A stretch of DNA of 64,000 nt from Cetorhinus maximus. Its lineage: Eukaryota. Position numbers and translations under genes: made by a program. The stretch lies in NCBI RefSeq assembly GCF_964194155.1, contig NC_135903.1, positions 7,936,001 through 8,000,000 of the forward strand, in the 5' to 3' direction. Position 1 is the first letter of the stretch. Every line of letters starts with the position of its first letter. Of this stretch, positions 52,546 to 64,000 are shown piece after piece. The notes under the pieces were generated by a model. That model was not told the origin of the DNA. It did not search any database and worked only from the letters and a program-made list of their open reading frames with translations.

Positions 52546-53135
52546 AAGGTGCAAGTTGACGCCCTGTGCACCAAGCACAGGGATTTTTTTTCCATGCAGA
52601 ATGGCATGGAGGAAAATCCCAGAGATGGTTCAAGTTGTAAGATGGGCGAGGGAGATTTCTGAGCCTTGTTAGAGGGTGACCAACTCTCCAGGCTTGTTCT
52701 GAAGTCTCCAGAAACTGAAGAATCTCCTGGACACTTTTTATGGCAATTAAAACATATGATGCTGGAAATACACAGGTCAGGCAACATCGGTGGAGAGAAA
52801 CTGAGTTAATGTTTCAGGTTGATGATCACCCTTCATCAGAACCGAGAAAAAATAGAAAGTGTAAATGGGGGGGTCGGGGCTGTAAAATGTAAAGGAAGGT
52901 CTGTAATAGGGTGGAGGGAGCAGATTAAATGTCAAAAGATTTCACGGTAATAAAAAGAGAAACAAAAATTGTGCCCAGATGTGGTGCCTATGGAATCCTC
53001 TCAGCAGAGGTCAGTGGAAGCTGCATCATTGAATATATTCAAGGCTGAGTTAGATAGATTTTTGATTGACAAGCAGTCAAGAGTTATGGGGGACATACAG
53101 AAAAGTGCAGTTAAGGCCAGATGATCTTATTGAAT

Positions 53136-53987
53136 ACAAAAATAAAAATACCTGGAAAACTCAGCAGGTCTGATAGCATCTGCGGAGAGGAACACAGTTA
53201 ACGTTTCGAGTCTGTATGACTCTTCAACAGAACTAAGGAAAAATAGAAAAGAGGTGAAATATAAGCTGGTTTAAGGGGCGGGTGGGACAAGTAGAGCTGG
53301 ATAGAGGGCCAGTGATAGGTGGAGATAGCAAAAGATGTCATAGACAAAAGAACAAAGAGGTGTTGAAGGTGGTGATATTATCTAAGGAATGTGCTAATAG
53401 GTGACATTAAGGGTAGAAAGCGGTACGAGCAAGGTACAGATAGCCCTAGTGGGGGTGGGGGTGGGGGAAGGGATCGAAATAGGCCAAAAGGTAGAGATAA
53501 AACAATGGATGGAAATACATTTAAAAATAATGGAAATAGGTGGGAAAAGAAAATTCTATATAAATTATTTGAAAAAAGGGGGATCGGAAAGGGGGTGGGG
53601 ATGGAGGAGAGAGTTCATGATCTAAAGTTGTTGAACTCAATATTCAGTCCGGAAGGCTGTAAAGTGCCTAGTCGGAAGATGAGGTGCTGTTCCTCCAGTT
53701 TGCGTTGAGCTTCACAGGAACAATACAGCAGGCCAAGGACGGACATGTGGGCATGAGAGCAGGGTGGAGTGTTGAAATGGCAAGCGACAGGGAGGGCCGG
53801 GTCATGCTTGCGGACAGACCGAAGGTGTTCTGCAAAGCGGTCACCCAGTCTGCGTTTGGTCTCACCAATGTAGAGGAACCCGCATTGGGAGCAGCGGATG
53901 CAGTAGACTAAATTGAGGGAAGTGCAAGTGAAATGCTGCTTCACTTGAAAGGAGTGTTTGGGCCCTTGGACAGTGAGGAGAGGAGAA
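53136..53987 (-). mobile_element. Young 5'-truncated Penelope-like element with intact GIY-YIG endonuclease coding region
   Basis: ORF 53615-54061 NLVYCIRCSQCGFLYIGETKRRLGDRFAEH..EQHLIFRLGTLQPSGLN; 13-bp TSD gatcttattgaat at 53123 and 53988. Confidence 0.92.
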
Positions 53988-54343
53988 GATCTTATTGAAT
54001 GGTTGAGCAGGCTCTGGGGTTGATGGCTACTCCTGCTCCTATTCCTTATGTTCAAATGCAAAGTGAAGGAATAAGGAAAGAAACGAACTAAAATTGAAGC
54101 TGAGATTATGATGTAAAATGGTTGAACTCAATGCTGCGTCCACTGGGTCTCACAACCCTGGAGTAAAGTTTTTGGAGCATGATAAGTTTGGCACTTCTTT
54201 ATCTTTGAGCAGCAGTTGCACGGGTTGGGTATCCTCCAGCCCAGGGGGCAGCAGAGGCGGCGGCTTCTCCGGCTTCATCCTCCTAGACTCGGAGCCGCGG
54301 CGTCTGGATCCGGGGGAGACTTTGACGGATCTGCGGGGCCGAG

Positions 54344-54361
54344 ATGGGCGGCGGGGACCTG
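54344..54361 (+). CDS. CWC25: Pre-mRNA-splicing factor CWC25, coding exon 1
   Basis: ATG GGC GGC GGG GAC CTG|gtgagt = MGGGDL, the conserved CWC25 N-terminus, in a CpG island. Confidence 0.9.
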
Positions 54362-54493
54362 GTGAGTGCCTCTGGCGAGAGAGGGGGGGAGGACGGGGAG
54401 ATAACCCCGGGGAGAGCGGTGCTGCTGTGGGAGGCACTGGTACATTTATTAGCGAGGCTGAGGCCTAGAACAACAAGTCAGCCCTTTAAACAT

Positions 54494-55403
54494 GGGGGAG
54501 AGGGAGGGAAGTGGAGGAGGAAGGGGAAGAGGGGGAGTGGAGAGGGAGGGGGGGGGAGTGGAGAGGGAGGGAGGGGGGGGGGAGTGGAGAGGGAGGGAGG
54601 GGGGGGGGAGTGGAGAGGGAGGGAGGGGGGGGGGAGTGGAGAGGGAGGGAGGGGGGGGGAGTGGAGAGGGAGGGAGGGAGGGGGGGAGTGGAGAGGGAGG
54701 GAGGGAGGGGGGGGGGGGAGTGGAGAGGGAGGGAGGGGGGGGGAGTGGAGAGGGAGGGAGGGGGGGGAGTGGAGAGGGAGGGAGGGGGGGGAGTGGAGAG
54801 GGAGGGAGGGGGGGAGTGGAGAGGGAGGGAGGGGGGGGAGTGGAGAGGGAGGGAGGGGGGGAGTGGAGAGGGAGGGAGGGGGGGAGTGGAGAGGGAGGGA
54901 GGGGGGGAGTGGAGAGGGAGGGAGGGGGGGGAGTGGAGAGGGAGGGAGGGGGGGGAGTGGAGAGGGAGGGAGGGGGGGAGTGGAGAGGGAGGGAGGGGGG
55001 GAGTGGAGAGGGAGGGGGGGGAGTGGAGAGGGAGGGGGGGGGAGTGGAGAGGGAGGGAGGGGGGGGAGTGGAGGGGGAGGGAGGGGGGGAGTGGAGGGGG
55101 GGGAGTGGAGGGGGGGGAGTGGAGGGAGGGGGGGGAGTGGAGGGGGGGAGGAGGGGGGGAGTGGAGGGAGGGGGGGGAGTGGAGGAGGGGGGAAGGGGAG
55201 GGAGGGGGGGAGTGGAGGGGGGGGGAGAGGGAGGGGGGGAGTGGAGGGGGGGGAGAGGGAGGGGGGGAGGGAGGGGGGAGGGAGAGAGGGGGGGGGGAGA
55301 GGAGAGAGGGGGGAGGGGGAGAGGAGAGAGGGGGGAGAGGAGAGAGGGGGAGGGGAGAGGGGAGAGGGGGAGGGGAGGAGAGGGGAGAGGGGGGGGAGGG
55401 GGG
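54494..55403 (+). repeat. G-rich polypurine minisatellite (GGAGTGGAGAGGGAGGGAG(G)n), running into the assembly gap
   Basis: Directly visible units of about 20-28 nt; almost no C, and T only in GAGTGG. Confidence 0.95.
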
Positions 55404-55752
55404 NNNNNNNNNNNNNNNNNNNNNNNNNNNNNNNNNNNNNNNNNNNNNNNNNNNNNNNNNNNNNNNNNNNNNNNNNNNNNNNNNNNNNNNNNNNNNNNNN
55501 NNNNNNNNNNNNNNNNNNNNNNNNNNNNNNNNNNNNNNNNNNNNNNNNNNNNNNNNNNNNNNNNNNNNNNNNNNNNNNNNNNNNNNNNNNNNNNNNNNNN
55601 NNNNNNNNNNNNNNNNNNNNNNNNNNNNNNNNNNNNNNNNNNNNNNNNNNNNNNNNNNNNNNNNNNNNNNNNNNNNNNNNNNNNNNNNNNNNNNNNNNNN
55701 NNNNNNNNNNNNNNNNNNNNNNNNNNNNNNNNNNNNNNNNNNNNNNNNNNNN
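55404..55752. other. Assembly gap (349 N)
   Basis: Run of N. Confidence 1.
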
Positions 55753-56224
55753 TGGACCTCATCTGTACCCTTCTCAGGACCTTTATATCTTCCTGAAGTG
55801 TGGTGTCCAGAACTGCTTGGAATACTTCAGTTGCACCCTATTTGGTGATTTATTAAGTTCTAACATGATTCTTTTACTTTTATATTCTATTCCTCTATAT
55901 CTAAAGGCAAGTACTCATCTGTTTTTTGACCACACTATCAACTTTCCCTGCTGGCTTTTAGGATTTGTGTATATGGACTTAAGATTTCGTGATTATCTAT
56001 ACTTTTCAAAATTGTGGTATTTAAACAATACTTCCCAAAGTGCATTACTTTATAATTCCCCACGGTGAATTCCTTCCAACTTTCTAAAGATTAAAAAATA
56101 TTTAATTTTTTGTCACATTCTTTGCCCCTGTTTATCAATAGTTTCTGATGGATTAACTCTCATCCAACCTTTTGTGGCAAAAGGTGCTGGAGCCTTGATG
56201 TACGTATCGGAAAGCATCTACAGC

Positions 56225-56680
56225 TGAGTTGAAGGAAGTTATGCCAAAACTTTATAAATCACTGGGTAGGCATATTGGAGTTGTAACAGTGCAGAAGAAT
56301 GCCATTCATCTGGAGAACTATTTTTAATTCTGGGTACCACACTTTTTGGAAGGATGTAAAAGCCTTGGAGAGGTTGTAGAAGCATATTCACTAGAATGGT
56401 ACCAGGAGTGAGGGACTTCAAAAATGAGGAGAAGCTGAAAAAGTTGGTGGTGTTCTCTTTAGAGCAGAGAAGGTTAAGAGATTTGGTAGAGGTGTTCAAT
56501 GTCTTAAAAAATATTTCATGGATTAAATAAGGATAAACTATTTCCACTGGCAGAAGGTTCGGTAACCATAAGGCAAATTTATTAATAACCTTCAAAAAGG
56601 AATTGCTGGGCTTTGGGGAAAGAGCAGAGTTTTGGGACGAATTGGATAGCTCTTTCAAAGAGCTGACACAGGCGGGATGG
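56225..56680 (+). mobile_element. CR1 fragment (another on - strand at 55753-56060)
   Basis: ttctgggtaccacac..ttcactagaatggtaccagg..gagcagagaaggttaag. Confidence 0.7.
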
Positions 56681-56689
56681 GGGAAAGGG

Positions 56690-57045
56690 GGAAGATGGTG
56701 GTTTAGAGCTAATGTCACTGGACTGGTTATCTAGAGGCCAAGGCTAATGCGCTGAGGACATGGGCTCAAATTCCACCATGGCAGCTGGAGGAATTTAAAT
56801 TCAATTAATAAAACCAGGAATTGAAAGCTAGTCTCAGAATGGCGATCATGAATCCATCATCGATTGCTGTAAAAACTCATCTGGTTCACTAATGACCTCG
56901 AGGGAAGGAAATCTGCCATCTTACCTGGTCTGGTCTACATGTGACTCCAAGATCCACAGTAATGTCGTTGACTCTTAACTGCCCTCTGAAATGGCAGAGC
57001 AAGCCATTCAGCAAGGGATGTACCGTGAAAGAATAAATTTAAAAA
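56690..57045 (+). mobile_element. tRNA-derived SINE with central ctggttcactaatg..agggaaggaaatctg core
   Basis: Same head and core as the 5' end of the LINE at 49408. Other copies at about 12975-13270(+) and 36120-36540(-). Confidence 0.75.
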
Positions 57046-57268
57046 AGGACTTTCTCCTTCTCCTCTGTAGTAAGATTCTATGATTTTCTGACTTTTCCCA
57101 TTTTGCCGACCTTTCTGGATTGAATTTATTTATATTGGCTGCATGATACAGCAGAACAGTCTCTGGATATATAGAAAGAACTTTGGAAGTTCCTAGGAGG
57201 AGTATGGCTGCCTCCTGGTATTTTTTTTGTGCTTCAAAACTAATGTGTTGTTGACTTTTTGCCTGCAG

Positions 57269-57505
57269 GAAGAAGTCAGATAGGCTTGATTGGATGTATC
57301 AAGGGCCTGGCAGTTTGGTGAACAAGGAGGAATACTTGCTGGGTAGACCCATTGACAAATATGCTACAGACAAGATGGTGGACGAAGAGTCTGGGCCTTC
57401 TTCTGAGACTGGGTTGCTGCCTGGCTCCATTTTTTTAGCCACAGGGGCTAACTCTGCATTGGATATGGCTTCTAAAATACGAGAAGATCCACTCTTTATG
57501 ATCAG
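57269..57505 (+). CDS. CWC25: CWC25 exon 3
   Basis: ctgcag|G; KKSDRLDWMYQGPGSLVNKEEYLLGRPIDKY..SETGLLPGSIF..DMASKIREDPLFMI; AG|gtagg; 237 nt. Confidence 0.95.
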
Positions 57506-57812
57506 GTAGGAGAAATTGTTCCCTGCTCAATTCACATCAACTCAAACTTGGGGACAAAAGTTAAGACACTGAGTGTTGGAACTGAGGTATACAGACTGAG
57601 AAGGTCTTGATTCAACTTATTGGACTGTGTTTAAGTAGCTGATCTCAGCTAACTGCTCCAGTGGTTACCACCGACTCCTACTTTAGGGAAGGGTGGTGCA
57701 GGTTTTTTTTTTACAAAAAATAGTTTCCTTTTCTGATTGCAGTTCATTAATCTCTCATCGAAACTGTGCACACATGGAATTGGAGAATCAGGTGTAATGC
57801 CCACTATAACGT

Positions 57813-59007
57813 TGTTACGGACAGGAGAGAGACAGACAAACTGTACTTTCTTCTTCACCAACTGTCCGTAAGCAGAAGGTGTTTTGAATTATTTTTGAAG
57901 TATGCTGTGGCATGTTTTCCCAAACCCTCGGTTTGTGTGATCCAATTTACTAGTAACTCACAGCAAACTCACATTATGATTAACTCAAGGTTAGTTTATT
58001 TCACATTCAAAACCCAGGGGAGGAGTGTTCGCAACACAGACACACACACAATCACTCTAAATGGGGGGTGGTGGGGGGGGAGAGGAAAAAAAGAGTTTTA
58101 CAACTATGGATAACAACAGTACAAGAACCACAGAAATGAATATTAGTTCATGCGATTTCCAGAGTCCGAGAAGTCAAAGTTCAGAGGGTGTTTCCTTTGT
58201 GGCGGAGTTCAGCCCCTATGAGTTTCTGGAGTTTGGAGACAACAATATGAAAATCCTTGAAATGAATGATACTGCAGCAAGATGGGCTTTCTGTGCTCAG
58301 ACCGCTTGGCAGGTGTTGATCAGAGACTTTTAAAATCAAGCAGGCTTCGGGGAAGTGAGAGTTGGTAACGAGCTGCTTGCTCAGCTGGGCTGCTGGAGCC
58401 CTTTCCAGTTTGTGTTAAAATAGTAGCCTGAGGATTTCCATTCTCAAAGGAATATAGAGATCTCAAAATGGTTACTCAAGTCATGTGACCTTTCTCCACA
58501 ATGGTTTCAAAAGGAATGTTTATTCAGCGCCTGAAATTGGCTTTGATTTCCAAACTGATAATGTCCCAGTCATTAGCTGTTACCATCCAGATTGAAGGTC
58601 TTGTGTCAAGAAGCCATTATCTAGACAGACCCCCTGACTCCGCCAGAGATGCAAATGACATCCATTGTCCCATCTTGTCCCTCAATGGTCTTCTTTTGAA
58701 GTGGACCTGGACAGTCCCAGGTGAGATGAGTCTGCTCACAGCTCTGCAGCCATAATGAGTTTCAATCTGTGAGTCCCCTGGTTTCATTGTTACAAGGGGT
58801 CAGTACAATGAGGTGTGAGATTCCACAGGCTAAGTGGGGAATTCTTGTAACTGCTATTGGTAGCTTCTAGAACAAAGGGTTAATCCTGTGTTCATGTGAC
58901 TTGTAGCAGCCATCTTTTGGTTCATCAGAAAGTTTGTTTTAAAAATAGCAAAAAAACAGTCTTGATATACAGTTTTGAGTTTCTTATCATGTCGTATTGA
59001 CCTAACA
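57813..59007 (-). mobile_element. Solo-LTR-like element (1195 bp) in CWC25 intron 3
   Basis: Ends tgttacgg / cctaaca (TGTTA inverted termini); 4-bp TSD acgt/acat. Strand is tentative. Confidence 0.72.
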
Positions 59008-59014
59008 ACATCAA

Positions 59015-59420
59015 CAACTTGCATTTATAAAGTGCTTTTAACATAGTAAAATGACCCATGGCATTTCACAAGAGCCTTGTAACCAAAATTTGATAGCAAA
59101 CTACATAGAGATTTTAAGACAGGTGACCAAAACCTTGGTAAAAGAGGTAGGTTTTAAAAATCATCTTGAAGAAGGAGTGGGAGTTAGAGATGTGGAGATA
59201 TTTAGGGAGGAAACTCCAGAGCTTAGGGTCCAAGCAGCTGATGGCATGGTTCTCAATAGTGGACCAATTATTATCAAGGATGCACAAGAGTCCAGAATTG
59301 GAGGGGCACAGAGATGTTAGAGGGTTGTTAGACGGGAGGAGATTCTTGAGATAGAAAGGGGTGAGTCCATGCAAGGATTTGAAAACGAGGATGAACATTT
59401 TAAAATTGACAGTCAAATAG
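59015..59420 (-). mobile_element. L2 LINE 3' fragment
   Basis: ORF 59114-59416 NFKMFILVFKSLHGLTPFYL..PKLW..FK..LKTYLF-like C-terminus of L2 ORF2. Confidence 0.8.
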
Positions 59421-59878
59421 CCTGCCTTCAGCCAACGTCTGGGCTGTCATATAAAAATGATGATAATTTGAGCTGGTGAGCTACATGCCAGTAGGTGTTG
59501 CCTTTTGCAAGGGTAGTGAGGAGAAAGGTGGAAGAAAAGCCATTAGCTTGTTGCACGCTGCAATATATGAGCAGGATGCATGTTCATACCTCTTTTGGGT
59601 TCTTGATCTCACTGAGTAGATGCTTGGTACTTCCTCATAAAGGGGAGGGAATATTGGAAAGCATGTTGTCCATAGCAACTAGTTGCAGATTCTCGTGGGC
59701 AGAAGAGGAGGAGGAAGCGGTTACCCTGTTGACCTCCAAATGATGCGTGGAATTTAAGAGGGACAGGGATCCTGTTACTTCCACTTTAATCACTGCCATG
59801 TCTAATCCACTTGAATATTTTGTCTTCATTAACAGAAACTGCTTGTTGTATTGATTTATTTTTAAACTGGTTCTTCAG

Positions 59879-59948
59879 GAAACGTGAGGAAGAAAAAAAG
59901 AGAGAAGTTTTAACTAACCCCATGAAAATGAAGATGATCAGAGAAATA
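59879..59948 (+). CDS. CWC25: CWC25 exon 4
   Basis: cttcag|G; KREEEKKREVLTNPMKMKMIREI|gtaagt; 70 nt. Confidence 0.93.
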
Positions 59949-61832
59949 GTAAGTGGATCTTCCTGTTGAATTAGGTCTTGGTTTCCTTTTATCCCTTGCT
60001 CCTCGAACATAGGAACTTACAGCTAACCATTAAATGTCTTTGATTCACTCACCTGTGTAGAGAAATGATCTAGACATTTCTTTCCACAGGTGAATGATGA
60101 GAAGTAGTTGAAAAATGAGAGCAATTATGCAGTATTTTTTGCTTCAAGATGATTATGACTCCAGCCCATATATAAATAAATTCACCTTAAAATGGTGAAT
60201 GCGACTGGACTGTGATGGTGACCTATCCTCGGAACAGAAGGAGGAACTTTCTTCACTGATGTTCCCTGGCGACTTTTCTTTAGGATCCCAGATCTTGGCT
60301 TGCGTGTCTCCCCCCACCCTTCTCTTGCATCTCTGCTCTCCTTATCACAATATCTTTAACTTCAGACTGATTGGCCAAATCCCTTTCACCACTTCCTAGG
60401 CAGTTGTCTTTTCCAACCTGCTTGCATGGAGCCGGCTGCAGACCATTGTCTTGTCACAGATTTGAAGCTGTTTGACTGATGCGCAGAGCCTGCAGCTGAG
60501 TCTCAGTGAGGCCCCTTTTAGACAATGCTTTGGTTATGGTTATCGTGCTTCGTTCTGTTTCTGCATTCTCAGCGACCACCCGAGGAGAGGCTGGCAGGAC
60601 CTGTTGGCCTTTTCAGTGATCGACATTTTAACTTCTGGCTCCTTCACCTGTTAATTCAAATAAGTGTTTGGAAATGAACGCTTTGCGTATCCTCAAGTAA
60701 ATCGAGCCAATCCATTTGCAAGAGGCAAGCGACAAAAGGAATAACCTGAAAATCAGAATTGCTGAAAATACTTGGATTCCTGAGCATCTGAAAGTTTTTT
60801 TAAAAAACTGATCAAAATTTGAGGAAGGACCTCTTTATCAGATCTCACCAAATTATCTTTCTCTTTCAGATGCTGATGGATCTGCTGTATGTTTTCTGAT
60901 TTTTTATTTTAAAATTGCATCTGTGTTTTGAATGAATGTGAGCATGCAGAAATGGGGCAAAATCACGAATGGTTATTCGCACTAGATTTTCAAAACCTCG
61001 ACATTTGCATTCACGTTTTGTGTCGGAAAGAGTGAAAAATGAGGTCACGCTTTGTATTGGGGATAGTTCTATGAAGTGCTGTAAGATATGACGCTTTCCT
61101 TCATTTTTATTTTTACACTTACTACTTCCTGCCCCCATTTTTTCACCCCTCCCCTCCTGAAGGCACTGTACTAAGATGTGTTGCCATTGCCTCCAGCTGC
61201 CTTCCTGCATTTTCCACAAGTGCCGTTTTTCAGATGTGGATCTAGATGGGGAAAGTGGGAGGCTGCACAATCAGAGAGTGCATCGCAGTTGTAGCTAAAC
61301 CTCACCTGATACTCATCCTCTTAACCTAAGCAGGTGGTGATCAGGAAGGGGAATCAGAGCACAGGCCAGGGATTGATTCTGGATCATTTCTAAGCTTGCA
61401 TGTTTGAGTCCATATGAAGTCAAGCATTTAACGGCTGAACAATTGGGTTTGTTCTGTTAAATCAAATATGGTGCTTTTTTTTCCCTTGTTTTTTAGTATA
61501 TCTATAGCATGGGGGGAATCTTTAGATTGTATTTCGAATCAAGAGCTGTCTTCATATAAACCCTAAACAAGTGTTATAACAACCTAATTCTCAAACAAAT
61601 CTACAAACTTGAGTGTGAACTGTTGAGATCATAGAGCACAGAAGGAGGCCCATCATATCTGTACCTTTGAAAGAGCTTTTTGACAAAGCTTTCCATTTAA
61701 TCCCACTTCCTTGGCTCTTTTCCAGTAGCCCTGCAAATATCCCGTCGCCTTTTTTTTTGAACATCTTAGCCTTATTGAAGAAATTTGTTGTACTAAAACA
61801 GAAATAAGTTTACGACTGATTTTTTTTTAAAG

Positions 61833-61939
61833 TTGCAAAAGAACTTGGACAAAACGGAAAAAAAGAAAAAGGACAAGAAGAAGAAACACAAGAAACATCG
61901 CCGATCTAGCCCCAGTGTTGACGAGCAGCATAAAGCCAA
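61833..61939 (+). CDS. CWC25: CWC25 exon 5 (gene continues beyond the window)
   Basis: Poly-T aaag|TTG; LQKNLDKTEKKKKDKKKKHKKHRRSSPSVDEQHKA; AA|gtatgg; phase consistent with exon 4. Confidence 0.85.
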
Positions 61940-61959
61940 GTATGGTATCAGTAAATAAG

Positions 61960-62440
61960 TTCAGTCCCAGGCACAAGCCCACTTCTGGGCATTACACTTT
62001 AGGAAGGGCATGCAGGTTTTGGAGAGGGTACGGAAGAGATTTACTAAAATGGTTGCAGGAGTGATAAATTATAGTTAAATGGTGAAGTTTGGGGGGTATT
62101 CTCCTTATAGCAGAGAAGGTTAAGAGGAGATTTACTCAATGGAGTGAGTAAACAAAGTGTTTCTGATGGCTAAAGGCTGACGACCAGACTTAAGGTGATT
62201 GGCAAAACAGCCACAGGTGACATGAGGATGGTCTCTTTGATGCATTGAGTGGTTAGGATTTGGAATGCACTGCATTCAATAGTAGCCTTCAAAAGACAAT
62301 TGGCTAAATAACTGAAGGGGGAAACAAATTTTAGGATTGTGGATAAGGTGCAGGGTAGTGGGACGAGCTGAATTGCTATTTAAAAGAACCAGTTTTGACT
62401 TGATGGGCGAATGGCCTCCTTCTGTGCTATACTACTCTTG
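61960..62440 (+). mobile_element. CR1 fragment (another on - strand at about 63725-64000)
   Basis: ttctgggcattacactttaggaagg..agcagagaaggttaagaggagattt. Confidence 0.7.
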
Positions 62441-64000
62441 TTCCTCAATCAAGATCACTGAAAAGAAATTATATAGCCATTGCCACAATTCTGGTGTGGG
62501 ATCTTGCTGTGCTCATATTAGCTGACACATTTCCTACAACAGTGAGTACATTTCAAAATAACTTTTTAAAGCGCTTTGAGTTGAGACATCTCAAGTGCAT
62601 TGAGATTGTGAAAGGTGCTATATTAATGGAAGTCTTTCTTTATTGATGTGGTGCCTTACCAAACCTCTCAAATGTCTGTGTTTTACATATGGTCAATTAC
62701 TTTGTAGCACAGTGATTCTTATTACATAAGCTTAAATGGTGGCTGTTTTATGCACAGCAGATCCTAAAAGCAATTAGTAAATAAATAGTTGTTATTCCTA
62801 TTTATGTTCCATTGAAAGCTGCCTGTGGGGTGCACAGTTACCTGGATGACAGAATGCATGAAATGAAGGAAATATAAAGACCCCTTGTTTTACTAGAAGG
62901 CGTAGGTTTGGGCAAGTTTGCATTGAAATAATAAAAACAAATTGCAATTCTTTCCTATAAGGTAAATATTCGCTTTTCTTCTTAACTGTATTGCAGAAGG
63001 CATGAAAAGGCTGCAAGTCCATCATTCACATCTGTTCTGAAGAAGCTACCTGGGTATGGCTTGAAGGTTTGTCTTCATGGCTGATTCTGATACTGTTTGA
63101 TTATGTTATTTTGAGTGTGCCGAGAATACAGGTGCTTACGATTGAAATGTAAACCACACAGGTCACATATTGTAGGGTTCTCACAACTATCTGTGAACTT
63201 TGTATTATTGCTTCTAATTGTCTAACTGAGGTTATTAAATTTTAAGAATGGATCCTTTATTAAAGTTGCAGTGCTGCATCTTGAATGTAATCGTGCATAT
63301 CTATATTCAACCAAAGCTCTCATATCGCACAATAAATAATGGGTGGCACATTAAATCTGCCAGTAGTGGAGAAAAAAATATCAATTGTTATGCTTTTCTG
63401 ATTCTGAAAATACAATTCACTGAGATAATAGATCAGCAAAGCTCCTCCGGGAAAGCAACCAATTCAAGTGCTCCAATCACATCAGTTGGTTTACTTTTCC
63501 AATGTGGTTCCACCTGCCCTTTGAATTTCTGCCCAGCCAACGCAACTTCAATCTACACTGTCCAGACCCCTTATGATAATTGAACACCTCTATCAAATCT
63601 GCTCAACGACCCCAGGTGATTGCATGGGTACTGGGATAGGATAAAAATGCCCTTTAATCTTCACTCTGGAATCAAGATTTAATGCACCATATGGGGACTC
63701 TACAACACTTGTAATTGTAGATTTTATCATAGAATATACAGGTCAGAAAGAAACCACTCAGCCCATCAAGTCAGTGCCAACTGTACCAAAGAGCGTTCCT
63801 GTTAGCGCCACTCGCTTGCCCTTTCCCCATGTCCCTGCAATTCTTTCTCCTTCAAGTATTTACCCAATTCCCTTTCTGAAGGCATCTGTATCCACCTTCC
63901 TATTGTGCAGTACATTCTAAATCCTAGCCATTCATTGAGCAAAAGATCTTTTTCCTTTTGTCACCCCTGGTCTTTTTGTCAATCTCAAAATCTGTGCCTC

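Noticed and set aside
53615-54061. Domesticated GIY-YIG nuclease gene divergent from CWC25
   Set aside because: It is a 5'-truncated Penelope with TSDs, and the ORF's N-terminus is read from flanking CR1 sequence. Intactness is explained by recent insertion.
54344-56068. Long Gly/Glu/Arg- or Pro-rich ORFs (434-574 aa)
   Set aside because: They are translations of a stop-free G-rich satellite plus Ns. Only MGGGDL is real (CWC25 exon 1).

Overview
Eukaryotic, repeat-rich vertebrate genomic DNA. The CR1/Penelope/tRNA-SINE landscape suggests a cartilaginous fish (shark); this is inference and the species cannot be determined. The window holds a syntenic four-gene block with the same order and orientation as human 17q12: LASP1 exon 1 (- strand; the gene continues off the left edge), complete 5-exon RPL23 (+, 140 aa, 5'TOP promoter, two intronic SNORA21-type H/ACA snoRNAs), complete 3-exon C17orf98/SPMAP1 (+, 163 aa), and the 5' part of CWC25 (+; exons 1, 3, 4 and 5 found, exon 2 absent and probably inside a 349-N gap beside a 0.9-kb G-rich satellite). 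The rest is mostly nested transposon debris: CR1, L2, RTE and Tx1/L1 LINE fragments, Penelope-like elements, solo-LTR-like elements with 4-bp TSDs, hAT-type MITEs and tRNA-derived SINEs. Most ORFs in the supplied track are spurious or TE-derived. I found no convincing new multi-gene system. The most unusual signals are a near-full-length single-ORF LINE whose 5' end is a tRNA-SINE head, a 135-bp near-perfect hairpin just upstream of the RPL23 promoter, a CWC25 promoter abutting triple-nested TEs, and the G-rich intron-1 satellite. TE boundaries are approximate unless TSDs are quoted.
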